Notes: generated by a model not told the origin, from the sequence alone. Positions 1-9,027 are shown, counted from the first letter of the stretch. The stretch: DNA of 31,372 bases from Leptolyngbyaceae cyanobacterium (GCA_050331235.1 JBHJHA010000116.1:1-31372), one strand, 5' to 3'. Made by a program: numbers and translations.

Positions 1-21
1 TCTGACAATTAGCCACAAGCT

Positions 22-139
22 TCCTGGTGCCTATGGCGGTCTGGAACCACCTCGATCCATCCCGAACTCGATGGTGAAACAGGCCTGCGGCGAAGATACT
101 CTGGGGGTCGCCCCACGGGAAATTAGCTCGGTGCCAGGT
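22..139 (+). rRNA. rrf: 5S ribosomal RNA
   Basis: TCCTGGTG...GATCCATCCCGAACTCGATGGTGAAAC...GTGCCAGG; typical bacterial 5S sequence with pairing 5'/3' ends, ~118 nt. Confidence 0.97.
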
Positions 140-142
140 CCT

Positions 143-198
143 TCTTAACTTCAAACCCCCAGCACTTTCTAGAAAGTGCTGGGGGTTTGAAGTTAAGA
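143..198 (+). terminator. Perfect 56-bp palindrome downstream of 5S, probable rrn operon terminator
   Basis: TCTTAACTTCAAACCCCCAGCACTTTCT|AGAAAGTGCTGGGGGTTTGAAGTTAAGA is self-complementary with no loop; it lies directly after 5S. Confidence 0.7.
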
Positions 199-1036
199 GC
201 CTCTAAAAATCACGATTTGGAATGTTCTGAAGAAAGAGCAGTTACAGGGACTTATCCGTAAACAGATCTCTCTTCGCCATAGATACTGTTTATTTCAGTG
301 CGATCGTCCCCTCACCACAATTCGAATTCCTATTAATGTGGTGTGCAACTAAGCCAATCCAAAAATCAGGCAGTCACCAAATCCTCAAATTGCAGGCAGG
401 GTCTGCCATAGGAGTGATTGAGGGAGGCGATGACGGTATGAGCGAGAATTTTCCGGGCTAAACGACTGGTGAAATGCCAGAGGTCACGAGCCCAGATGCG
501 TTCGATATCAAACCAATGACACAAATGACCCACGACAGTTTCCACAAGTTGCCGATGCCGACTGACCGTACGGTTAAAGAGGGAGTGATAATTGTGCATA
601 TTGGAGCGTAATGGGGTCAACAAGGTCAATCCTTGGACCGCTAGATGGGTGGTCAGACTGTGGCGGATATAGCCTTTGTCCCCCAGCAACAGCCCTTGCA
701 GCCCGACCACCAGTTCGGGTAACACATCACGTTCGTCAACATGAGCGGGGCTCACTTCCAAGCCTAAAACCAGGCCTTGAGTATTGATCAGTAAGTGTCC
801 TCGAAAACCATAAAACGTGCCGAGTTTGGTTGCTGAACTTCCAAAACTCGCGAGCCCCTCAAACACCTTGGCTTGCGGCGCTCGCTTGAAGCCACAAACC
901 GGCATCGGAAAGCCATCAACGCGATACAAGTCACCTTGCTGGGCTCCCAAATCTTGCAACAACTGTTGGTGCAGTAATTGTTTGTAACGCCAGAGGTTAG
1001 CGGCTTGACGGACAAAGGTCGTGCGGTGTCCCAAGC

Positions 1037-2359
1037 GAGAGTGTTCCGATTTTTGTGTAAGCAGAATTCTGTTCAAAGTTTGAAGCGTTGTGGGAACAGG
1101 ATAGCAAAGTAAGAGGTGGCTGCCTTCCAATTTTGAATCGGTCGGTTCCATCGCTTAGAGATATTGGCTATCGCTAGATACATGAGCTTGAGAACGGCGT
1201 CCTCATCAGGAAAAACGGCTTTGGTCTTAATCACCTTTCGCAGAGAGCGATTGAGGGACTCAATGGCATTAGTGGTGTAGATAACGCGACGAATTGCTAG
1301 AGGATAATCAAAGATGGGGATAATGTTTTCCCAGTGCCGCAACCAGATTTGGCTGATGGCGGGATAGTGCTCATCCCACTTAGCGGCAAAGTCTGCCAAG
1401 GCCGTTTCGGCTTCTGCCAAGGTCGCGGCTCGGTAAATCGGCTTGAGGTCGGCGGCCACCGCCCGGCTGTCTTTCCAGGGGACGTAGCGCAGCGAGTTGC
1501 GAATCAGATGAACGATGCAAAGCTGCACTTGGCTCTGGGGATAGACCGCTTCAATGGCTTGAGGAAAGCCTTTAAGACCATCACAGCAGGCAATCAGAAT
1601 GTCCTGCAAGCCACGATTTTTGAGGTCCGTGAGGACTTTGAGCCAGAACTTAGCCCCCTCGTTTTCCGCCTCGCCAATCCATAAACCGAGCAGTTCTTTA
1701 TTGCCTTCGCGGTTGATGCCTAGAACAACATAGACTGCCCGTTTGCTCACCCGGCCAGCGACTTTGATGTTGACGTAGAGGGCATCAAGATAGGTGATCG
1801 GATACAGTTCCTCCAACGGACGACACTGCCAAGCTTTGACATCCTCACTGACCACATCGGTCACTTCGCTGATGATGGCGGGTGACACTTGTGCCCCATA
1901 CAATTCTTCGAGCTGTAGTGAGATATCGCGGGTGCTCATCTCCCGTGCGTACAGCGCCAGAATCTTATCATCGAGACCAATCAACCGTCTTTGATGTTTG
2001 GGCACCAACACCGGCTCAAAGGTGCTTTGGCGATCACGCGGAATCGCTAGCTCCAATTCCCCGTGCTCCGACTGGATGGTCTTGCACGAGTGGCCGTTCC
2101 GACTGTTCCGGCTGTCGCTGTCATCGGTGTTTTTGAGATGATGGTTGAGTTCTCCGGCCAGAGCACGCTCTACCAAGCGTTTGGTTAACTGCTTGAGCAA
2201 ACCGGATTCGCCCAATATCTCTTCTGGACTCTGACACTCTGACAACATCTCATCTAGCAGTTCATCGGCACGATTCAGTTCTCGTTTCTTCCTGGGCATG
2301 ATGCGGTCTCCTGAGTTATCGGGATTTTAGACCGCTTACACAAAATTCTGTACAGTCTC
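1037..2359 (-). mobile_element. IS256-family insertion sequence, 1323 bp
   Basis: 26-bp IRs GAGAGTGTTCCGATTTTTGTGTAAGC / GAGACTGTACAGAATTTTGTGTAAGC (22/26); 7-bp direct repeat CCCAAGC at 1030-1036 and 2360-2366. Confidence 0.95.
1073..2299 (-). CDS. IS256-family (mutator-type) transposase
   Basis: 408 aa with motifs RNG, IPRDR, YLDAL, CDGLKG, QLCIVH, YTTNAIESLN. Confidence 0.96.
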   Translation of the reverse strand: MPRKKRELNRADELLDEMLSECQSPEEILGESGLLKQLTKRLVERALAGELNHHLKNTDDSDSRNSRNGHSCKTIQSEHGELELAIPRDRQSTFEPVLVPKHQRRLIGLDDKILALYAREMSTRDISLQLEELYGAQVSPAIISEVTDVVSEDVKAWQCRPLEELYPITYLDALYVNIKVAGRVSKRAVYVVLGINREGNKELLGLWIGEAENEGAKFWLKVLTDLKNRGLQDILIACCDGLKGFPQAIEAVYPQSQVQLCIVHLIRNSLRYVPWKDSRAVAADLKPIYRAATLAEAETALADFAAKWDEHYPAISQIWLRHWENIIPIFDYPLAIRRVIYTTNAIESLNRSLRKVIKTKAVFPDEDAVLKLMYLAIANISKRWNRPIQNWKAATSYFAILFPQRFKL

Positions 2360-2835
2360 CCCAAGCCCGGAAACCAAGCGTGCCAGTGACGGCGAAAGTA
2401 ACGCCAGATGGCCGTGTCGCGATGATGGCCTAAAAATTCTCCGACAATTTCTAAGGTCAGCACCTCACTGTCGCTCAACCCAGGAGCAAACCCCTTGTGG
2501 CGGGGCGGATAGCGTCTCAATAACGTGTCTAAATGCACTTCGACAGTGATAAAGACAGCGATGATAAACTCTTCTATGTCAAACATGGTCTCACCGATTG
2601 AAGATTGCTAGAACCCTTCATAGCTAAGGTTTCTAGAGGTGAGACCTTTTCTCAATCATTAGTTGCACATCGCGTTAGTAGTGCGATCGCTCCCCCACCC
2701 ACATTAAATTCCTACCGCAAAACCCAACACACAATTTTTCAATTACGACACTCCTGTCAATTCCAATGGAAAATTTTCTTTGAGATCATCATTGTGCTGC
2801 TCAGGTTTGGAAATGCTCGCGGCGAACATCCTTTT

Positions 2836-3153
2836 CTACAGCCTCAAAGCTGGACGAGTTTTGAGAATTTGATGCTCAATCTCTGCATCAGTAGGGATGA
2901 ACGTGAAATTCCAAACTATTGGTTTTAGGTTTTCTGGGAACTGATCATAATTTTCAATCCACTCACCCCTTTCCCTATCTAAATCCAAATCGGCTCCTGG
3001 CTCGTAGAGCCCTGCAATATCCCGGTCTATTATCAACTCGGGGTATTGGCTAATATCGTCTATATTCGCATACCTCGCGGTGACGATGACTTCGTATTTC
3101 CCTGGTTCAACTTCAATCGTATGATTAGGATCTACTTGATTGAATGTCCACAA
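2836..3153 (-). CDS. Hypothetical acidic protein
   Basis: 105-aa ORF with a TTG start preceded by GGGAGG about 6 nt upstream; no family recognised. Confidence 0.5.
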   Translation of the reverse strand: MWTFNQVDPNHTIEVEPGKYEVIVTARYANIDDISQYPELIIDRDIAGLYEPGADLDLDRERGEWIENYDQFPENLKPIVWNFTFIPTDAEIEHQILKTRPALRL

Positions 3154-3254
3154 TAAAATCCTCCCATTAGTACTAGAATCAGAAGCCTGCTCTATGCATA
3201 GAATTGGTCAAATTCAGTCTCAGCTTTTTTCTTACCTGTTTCTGCTCGTCGAAC

Positions 3255-3350
3255 TCACGTAACGATAGTGGCAGGCCCGTCCAGCAAGCTGAGTTGATAT
3301 AACATCTCATCATCCTCTTCGCTCAGTTGCACACGCAGCGGCGCAGGCAT
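3255..3350 (-). pseudogene. N-terminal remnant of a cyanobacterial IS630-like transposase
   Basis: Translates MPAPLRVQLSEEDDEMLYQLSLLDG...stop, resembling from recall the MPAPLRI.L..EED..L.EL start of cyanobacterial IS630 HTH ORFs. Confidence 0.5.
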
Positions 3351-3380
3351 GGCAGTGTTCTAGAAATCTCAATTCCTATC

Positions 3381-3659
3381 TTACAGATACTTGTGGTGAG
3401 CTACCATAATTTTCGACCGAAGCTTTGGACGAGTCTCTAGCCCCAGCAATGGATTGCCCGGTTGCCGCTGCTCTACGCTGACATCAGCCGTGCATGCTAT
3501 GGCAAGTAGTGCTGGGCAAGTCGGTTCACCTTGCCCATCAAGGTGTTGGCGAAGGACAGTATCGGTTAGGACTTCAAGGTAATTGAACGGTATGCCCGTC
3601 CGCTCGTTGAAACTCCGGCAAAAACACAGAGGATAGCCCAAGTTGGTGGTTTGATTCAA
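3381..3659 (-). pseudogene. Possible degraded XRE/Cro-CI helix-turn-helix gene
   Basis: Segment LTDTVLRQHLDGQGEPTCPALLAIACTADVSVEQ resembles the XRE HTH C-terminal pattern (G..EP....L.AIA....VS.EW); flanks unconvincing. Confidence 0.3.
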
Positions 3660-3818
3660 ACGAATTTGGGTGTCTTCAGAATGATAATGAAGACACTGGA
3701 TGACGGTGCTAGCGCAATGATGCCTTGTCTATGGCCGATTGGCGGATTATGACGCTCTCGAGTAATCAGGTGTGACACTAGAGGTAGAACGTCAATTGAG
3801 AAATGTTGATCACTGCGC

Positions 3819-4493
3819 TTATTCCGCTTGGCCGCTCAATCTTTCCAGTGAAATTCGGGCGGCTTCAGCAACCTGTGGGTGCGGGTCTTTGGTCAAGAAG
3901 CGCAAAGCGGGTTCGGTTTTCGGCGAAGGCAGATTGGCCAACGCTTCAGCTAATCGTTGACGGACTAGCCAGTCATCTGATTGAGCGAAGTTGAGGACAT
4001 CATTGACAGCCTCTACATCACCCACTTCCCCGATCGCCGCGATCGCCGCCTGCTGAATCACAATTTCATCGCTTTTTAGCGCCTCGAGTAACACATCGTG
4101 GGCCCGAGGATCTTTGAGATTGCCCAATGAGACTGCGGCGCTAAAGCGCACTAGCCAGTCAGTATCTTCATAAAAGGCCCGTACTAACGTCTCAAAAGCT
4201 CGAGGATCTTCTAAGTAACCCAAAGCGCCTGCGGCATCAGCCCGAATGCCATAGTCAGGGTCTGTCTCAACCAGCTTGACCAAAATATCGAAGGTTTCTT
4301 CGTCAGGCTTAATACCCATGGCGAACACGGCCATAGAGCGTACCTGCAGGTTGGAATCATAAATTACTTTTCGAACCAAAGGAGCGGCCGCTTTAGCATC
4401 TACATTGCGTAGCATCGCTAAGGCGAGCATTCGGTCTTTGGAGCTTTCACTCTCTAATTGGGTGGCAATGTGATTGAGATCTGGGGAGACCAT
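3819..4493 (-). CDS. nblB: HEAT-repeat phycobilisome degradation / lyase-like protein (NblB-like)
   Basis: 224 aa of PBS-lyase HEAT repeats (DPDYGIRADAAGALGYLED, EDTDWLVRFSAAVSLGNL, DDWLVRQRLAEALANL). Confidence 0.8.
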   Translation of the reverse strand: MVSPDLNHIATQLESESSKDRMLALAMLRNVDAKAAAPLVRKVIYDSNLQVRSMAVFAMGIKPDEETFDILVKLVETDPDYGIRADAAGALGYLEDPRAFETLVRAFYEDTDWLVRFSAAVSLGNLKDPRAHDVLLEALKSDEIVIQQAAIAAIGEVGDVEAVNDVLNFAQSDDWLVRQRLAEALANLPSPKTEPALRFLTKDPHPQVAEAARISLERLSGQAE

Positions 4494-4516
4494 AGTAAAC
4501 CCCCTCTATTAATTTA

Positions 4517-4534
4517 GTTACAAAACTTTACTAG
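4517..4534. promoter_or_regulatory. HLR1-like (RpaB) direct repeat upstream of nblB
   Basis: GTTACAAA-AC-TTTACTAG versus consensus (G/T)TTACA(T/A)(T/A)-N2-(G/T)TTACA(T/A)(T/A): first half perfect, second half 2 mismatches. Confidence 0.45.
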
Positions 4535-4917
4535 TTAACTCTATGTTACTGCTTTGGAGGACAAGCTGGTTATAGCCCAGGGAAGGATTTGTCGCATCAA
4601 AGGGTCTATTTTCAACAATTTTTGCGCTTTGGAGAATCTGGTTTGGCCACATCGCTGGGGATGTATTCGGCAAGTCGACCCTAAGCGCTCTGGACAATAG
4701 TTTATGGACTTTCAGCCTGAATGGGGTTTAAGGAGTTAGGTCCCCCTCGATTTTTTCCCTCTCTTTATCAAGGCTAATCCTGTGAGGCGGTGATTCTACT
4801 CTAGTATCGATTAGGGCAAGTGTATGTTTATTTGACGGCTATGCTGGCCGCTTCGGAAACCTTGATGGGATTAGGAGCAAGGGGGGCCCGGACTTAGCAC
4901 TCGTGTCTGTCATTTTG

Positions 4918-5061
4918 AACTGCGTCAGTTTTATGGATATTCGTCAGAGTTACAGTTGACGCATTAGCTCTTAAATTTGCGGCATATCTAGAAATCTTGA
5001 CTTTATCTGTTCCAGAATTGCGAGGCAGCAAGACTAATGCCTGAATTAACTGCGTCAGTTT
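4918..5061. promoter_or_regulatory. Two identical 14-bp semi-palindromic motifs AACTGCGTCAGTTT upstream of the kinase
   Basis: Copies at 4918-4931 and 5048-5061, 130 bp apart; the core AACTG-N3-CAGTT is an inverted repeat. Confidence 0.5.
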
Positions 5062-5112
5062 CAGCTGTTTGATGCTCCTGCTACGTCCGGTCGTTATCCC
5101 GGTTTACCCGCT

Positions 5113-8100
5113 ATGCCAGCAGCCAAATCCTGGGCCTTTAAACTTTTAAGCGTCGAACACATCCTGGACGATCGCCCCCTAGTTGTGTCCCCAATGACGT
5201 CTGTGGAGAGAGTCATTGATCAGATGAGTCAGGCTGCCGGGCAAGACTGCGACTTGACGATCATAGGGCTAGAAGCCCCCCTATCCCACGCCAAAAATCA
5301 GTTCAGCTGTGCGCTGATCATGCAGGATCAGCAGTTATTGGGCATTTTTACCGAGCGAGATGTGGTGCGGCTGGTGGCAGAGCAAACTGACCTGACCGCT
5401 ATCCCCATTGCCGAAGTCATGACGCAGCCATTGATCACGCTTCCGCGATCGGAGGCCCAAAACGTCTTTATGGTGCTGGCAGTCATGCGGCAACACCGAA
5501 TTCGCCAAATTCCCATTGTCGACGCCGCCGGAGCACTGCTCGGACTCGTCACGCAAGCGAGTATCCGCCGTGCTCTCCAACCATTCAACTTTCTTAAACT
5601 CCGGCGAGTGGGCGAAGTGATGACTCGTCAGGTGATTCAAGCGACAGCCGCGACCAGCCTGCTCAATTTGGCTCAACGTATGCACCAGCATCAGGTGAGC
5701 TGCATCGTGATTACCCAGCTCAAACCTCAAGGGGACTCCAGGTTGGTCGAACCCATTGGCATTGTGACCGAACGAGACATTGTTCAGTTTCGCGCCCTAG
5801 GGTTGTCGTTGGCCCGCACCCCAGCGCAAACCGTTATGAGTACACCGCTCTTTTTAACCTATCCACAAGAGGCACTGTGGGCCGCTCACCAAGAAATGCA
5901 GCGGCGGCATACTCGACGTTTGGTCGTGGCTAATGAAGCTGGAGAATTGGCGGGCATTGTGACTCAGAGCAGCCTGCTACAAATGTTTGATCCAGTAGAT
6001 ATGCTGAGCGAGATTGAGCAACTGCAACAGCTGAGCGAAGCACAAAGCGCCGAGCTGAACGAAACGAATCGCCAACTTCAAACGACCAATCAAGCCCTGC
6101 AAGTAGAAATGGCTGAGCGGCAGCGGCTAGAGCTAGTTTTGCAAGATGCCTATCACTCATTAGAAGAACGCTTTGGGGTGCAAGCAGCGCAGCTCGTGCA
6201 GACGGATGAGGCGCTCAGGCAAGAAATTCAGGAACGGCAGCAGGCGCAGACACAGCTAGAACAGTTTTTTGCCGTGACGCCGAGTCTGTTATGTATTGCG
6301 GGATTGGATGGTTATTTCAAACGGCTGAATCCAAGCTTCTCAACGATTTTGGGCTATGAGCCAGCCGAACTATTGTCTACCCCATTCCTAGACTTTGTGC
6401 ACCCCAAAGATTGCGCTGCGACCCAGGCCGAAGTCGAGCGCCTGGCAACCGGTGAACTCGCCATTGCCTTTGAAAATCGTTATCGCTGCAAAAATGGTCG
6501 TTATCGTTGGTTTAGCTGGTATGCAACGGCTGCCGCTGCAGAAGGAATTATCTATGCGGCGGCCCGCGACGTTACTGAGCAAAAACAACTCGCCGATGAT
6601 CTGAAACAGGAGCGTAACTTTATTGCCGCCGTTTTAGATACGGTGGGGGCCTTTGTGGTGGTGCTGGACTGTACCGGTCAGATTGTGCGCTTTAACAAAA
6701 CTTGTGAGCAAGTCTCAGGCTATCTGGTCAGTGAGGTGCGGGGACGGGCCATTTGGGAGATTTTAATTCCCGCTGAGGAGAAAGCGGCGGTGCAGGCTGC
6801 CTTTGGACAGCTCCGCCAAGGGCAATCCTCAAATCGCCATGAAAATCTATGGCTGTGCAAGGATGGCACCCGTAAGCTAATTAGTTGGGCCAACACGCTC
6901 TTAACGGACGCCACAGGTGCAGTTGACTATGTGATTGGTACAGGCATTGACGTGACGGAGCAACGGCAAACGGAGCAAGCGTTGGCCCAACAATTTCAGC
7001 AGACTCAACTGCTGAGTGAGATTACCCGCAAAATTCGGGAGTCTTTAGAAATCGAGGATATTTTGCAGACTGCCACCACAGAAGTGCGGGCACTCCTAAG
7101 CTGCGATCGCGCCCTTGTGATTGAGTTAGCGTCACTAACAACAGGTCAAGTTGTCCAAGAGTCGCTGCGGCCTGGCACCCGGACCCCCTCAGTCCTGAAT
7201 CAGTCGATTTCAGATCTCAAGTCCCAGCAGGGGCGGGCAGCCTTTGCCTGTGCTTGCGAAGATCTGCGGGGGGCATGCGCTGCTCTGTATACTGCGAAGT
7301 TCTTGAAGAAATGGGGTGCACGGGCTTGTATAGAAGTTCCCCTATACGTAGGGGAGCAACTTTGGGGGCTGTTCATTGTGAGCCAGGGAGATCGCCCCCG
7401 ACGGTGGGAGGCCTTTGAGGTTGAGCTTTTGCAGCAATTGGCTAATCAGATGGGCGTTGCCCTTGCCCAAGCCCAATTGTTGAATAATTTAGAGGCGCAA
7501 GTGCAGCGACGATCGCAACAACTCATCCAAACTAACCAACAGCTACGTCAAGAAATTTGGGAGCGGGTGCAGACGGAAAGTGCCCTTCGCGAGAGTCAGC
7601 AAAAACTCGCTGGGATTTTAGATAACGCTGACGAGGCGATCATCTCAATCGATGACCAGCAACGCATCGTGATGTATAACCAGGGGGCTGAGCAGATCTT
7701 TGGCTATGCCTTCGATGAAGTTCACCAGCAGCCGTTAGATGTGTTGCTGCCGGCTATCTTCCGGCAAGTGCATCGCCAGCACGTGCAAAACTTCGCGGTC
7801 TCTCAGGATATCTCCCGTCCGATGGTCAATCGCAGCCGTGATGTTTTGGGACGTCGGAAAACGGGGGAACACTTTCCGGCAGAAGCCTCGATTTCTAAGT
7901 TGATGACTAACGATGGTCAGCAGTTCTTCACCGTGATCTTGAAAGATATTACCCAGCGTCGACAAACGGAGGCCGCCCTCCGCCGCAGTGAAGAGCAACT
8001 GCGCCTGACAACCAACGCGCTGCCGGTGCTGATTTGTTCGGTGGATGCCGAGCAACGGTATGTCTTCAATAACCAAACCTATGAAGATTGGTACCAAATC

Positions 8101-9027
8101 CCCCTCGGCGATTTCCAAAGCCGTTATCTCTGGGACGTGATGGGCGATGCCTACTATGCCCAAGCCCAACCGCACATTGAAGCGGCCTTAGCTGGGCAAG
8201 AGGCCCGATTTGAAGCCGAAGTGACTACCCCCGATGGGCGATCGCGCTATTTGCTCACCACCTACATTCCCGAAATTGATGAAGATGGCAGTACTAAAGG
8301 CTTTTTTGGGTTGACAACAGATATTAGCGATCGCAAAGCTGCGGAGCGGATGAAAGACGAATTTGTCTCCATCGTTGGCCACGAACTCCGCACCCCCCTG
8401 ACCTCCATTCATGGCTCCCTAGTGCTGTTAGCTAGCAACAAGTTAGGCACTCTGACGCCCCAAGGCCAAGAATTTTTAGAAATCTCCCTCAAAAACACCC
8501 AGCGCCTATCTCGCCTAATCAATGACGTACTCGATCTAGAGCGTATCGACTCGGGTCGTATCACCATGTCCTTGCAGACGTGCCACCTAGGCGAGCTAAT
8601 GGTGCAAGCTGTTCAGGCCATGCAGTCGATGGCAGATGAGCATCACATCCGCATTGTTCTTGAGCCTACGGAGTTGATGGTTGGGGTCGATGCGTACCAT
8701 ATCCTGCATGTCTTCACCAATCTTCTCAGCAACGCCATCAAGTTTTCCCCAGCCCATACGGCGATCTCTCTCTGGGCAACCAAACGCGACCACGACATCT
8801 TGATTCAAGTGCAAGATCAAGGCCGGGGGATTCCTGCAGACAAGCTGGAAACGATTTTTGAGCGCTTTCAACAAGTTGACGCGTCTGATTCTCGTCTGCT
8901 GGGGGGCACCGGCTTAGGGCTAGCCATCTGCCAAAATATCGTGCAGCGACACGGGGGTGAAATTTGGGCAGAAAGTACCTTGGAAACCGGCAGTACTTTT
9001 TGCTTCACGCTGCTGAATGCGCAGTAG
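5113..9027 (+). CDS. Multi-sensor histidine kinase: 4 CBS motifs, coiled coil, 2 PAS, GAF, 2 PAS, HisKA, HATPase
   Basis: 1304 aa; CBS motifs (GIFTERDVVR, GIVTERDIVQ), PAS/PAC repeats, GAF (EVRALLSCDRALV...WGLFIVSQ...RRW), H-box GHELRTPL, N-box NLLSNAIKF, G-boxes DQGRGI and GTGLGL. Confidence 0.95.
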   Translation: MPAAKSWAFKLLSVEHILDDRPLVVSPMTSVERVIDQMSQAAGQDCDLTIIGLEAPLSHAKNQFSCALIMQDQQLLGIFTERDVVRLVAEQTDLTAIPIAEVMTQPLITLPRSEAQNVFMVLAVMRQHRIRQIPIVDAAGALLGLVTQASIRRALQPFNFLKLRRVGEVMTRQVIQATAATSLLNLAQRMHQHQVSCIVITQLKPQGDSRLVEPIGIVTERDIVQFRALGLSLARTPAQTVMSTPLFLTYPQEALWAAHQEMQRRHTRRLVVANEAGELAGIVTQSSLLQMFDPVDMLSEIEQLQQLSEAQSAELNETNRQLQTTNQALQVEMAERQRLELVLQDAYHSLEERFGVQAAQLVQTDEALRQEIQERQQAQTQLEQFFAVTPSLLCIAGLDGYFKRLNPSFSTILGYEPAELLSTPFLDFVHPKDCAATQAEVERLATGELAIAFENRYRCKNGRYRWFSWYATAAAAEGIIYAAARDVTEQKQLADDLKQERNFIAAVLDTVGAFVVVLDCTGQIVRFNKTCEQVSGYLVSEVRGRAIWEILIPAEEKAAVQAAFGQLRQGQSSNRHENLWLCKDGTRKLISWANTLLTDATGAVDYVIGTGIDVTEQRQTEQALAQQFQQTQLLSEITRKIRESLEIEDILQTATTEVRALLSCDRALVIELASLTTGQVVQESLRPGTRTPSVLNQSISDLKSQQGRAAFACACEDLRGACAALYTAKFLKKWGARACIEVPLYVGEQLWGLFIVSQGDRPRRWEAFEVELLQQLANQMGVALAQAQLLNNLEAQVQRRSQQLIQTNQQLRQEIWERVQTESALRESQQKLAGILDNADEAIISIDDQQRIVMYNQGAEQIFGYAFDEVHQQPLDVLLPAIFRQVHRQHVQNFAVSQDISRPMVNRSRDVLGRRKTGEHFPAEASISKLMTNDGQQFFTVILKDITQRRQTEAALRRSEEQLRLTTNALPVLICSVDAEQRYVFNNQTYEDWYQIPLGDFQSRYLWDVMGDAYYAQAQPHIEAALAGQEARFEAEVTTPDGRSRYLLTTYIPEIDEDGSTKGFFGLTTDISDRKAAERMKDEFVSIVGHELRTPLTSIHGSLVLLASNKLGTLTPQGQEFLEISLKNTQRLSRLINDVLDLERIDSGRITMSLQTCHLGELMVQAVQAMQSMADEHHIRIVLEPTELMVGVDAYHILHVFTNLLSNAIKFSPAHTAISLWATKRDHDILIQVQDQGRGIPADKLETIFERFQQVDASDSRLLGGTGLGLAICQNIVQRHGGEIWAESTLETGSTFCFTLLNAQ

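Larger units (their letters stand above)
366..2586 (-). pseudogene. IS982-family transposase split by IS256 insertion (296 aa when restored)
   Basis: N-part 2360-2586 (LSDSEVLTLEIVGEFLG...WFPGLG) and C-part 366-1036 (HRTTFVRQAANLW, VDGFPMP, YGFRGHL, GDKGY, RQLVETV) join in frame after removing IS256 and one 7-bp duplication. Confidence 0.9.
334..2677 (-). mobile_element. IS982-family insertion sequence, interrupted by IS256
   Basis: Terminal IRs TAATGTGGTGTGCAACTAA (334-352) and revcomp TAACGCGATGTGCAACTAA (2659-2677) match 16/19 and enclose a split IS982-type transposase; exact ends uncertain by about 2 bp. Confidence 0.85.

Noticed and set aside
2605..2928. 107-aa plus-strand ORF
   Set aside because: Crosses the IS982 boundary and overlaps the opposite-strand ORF; no recognisable protein features
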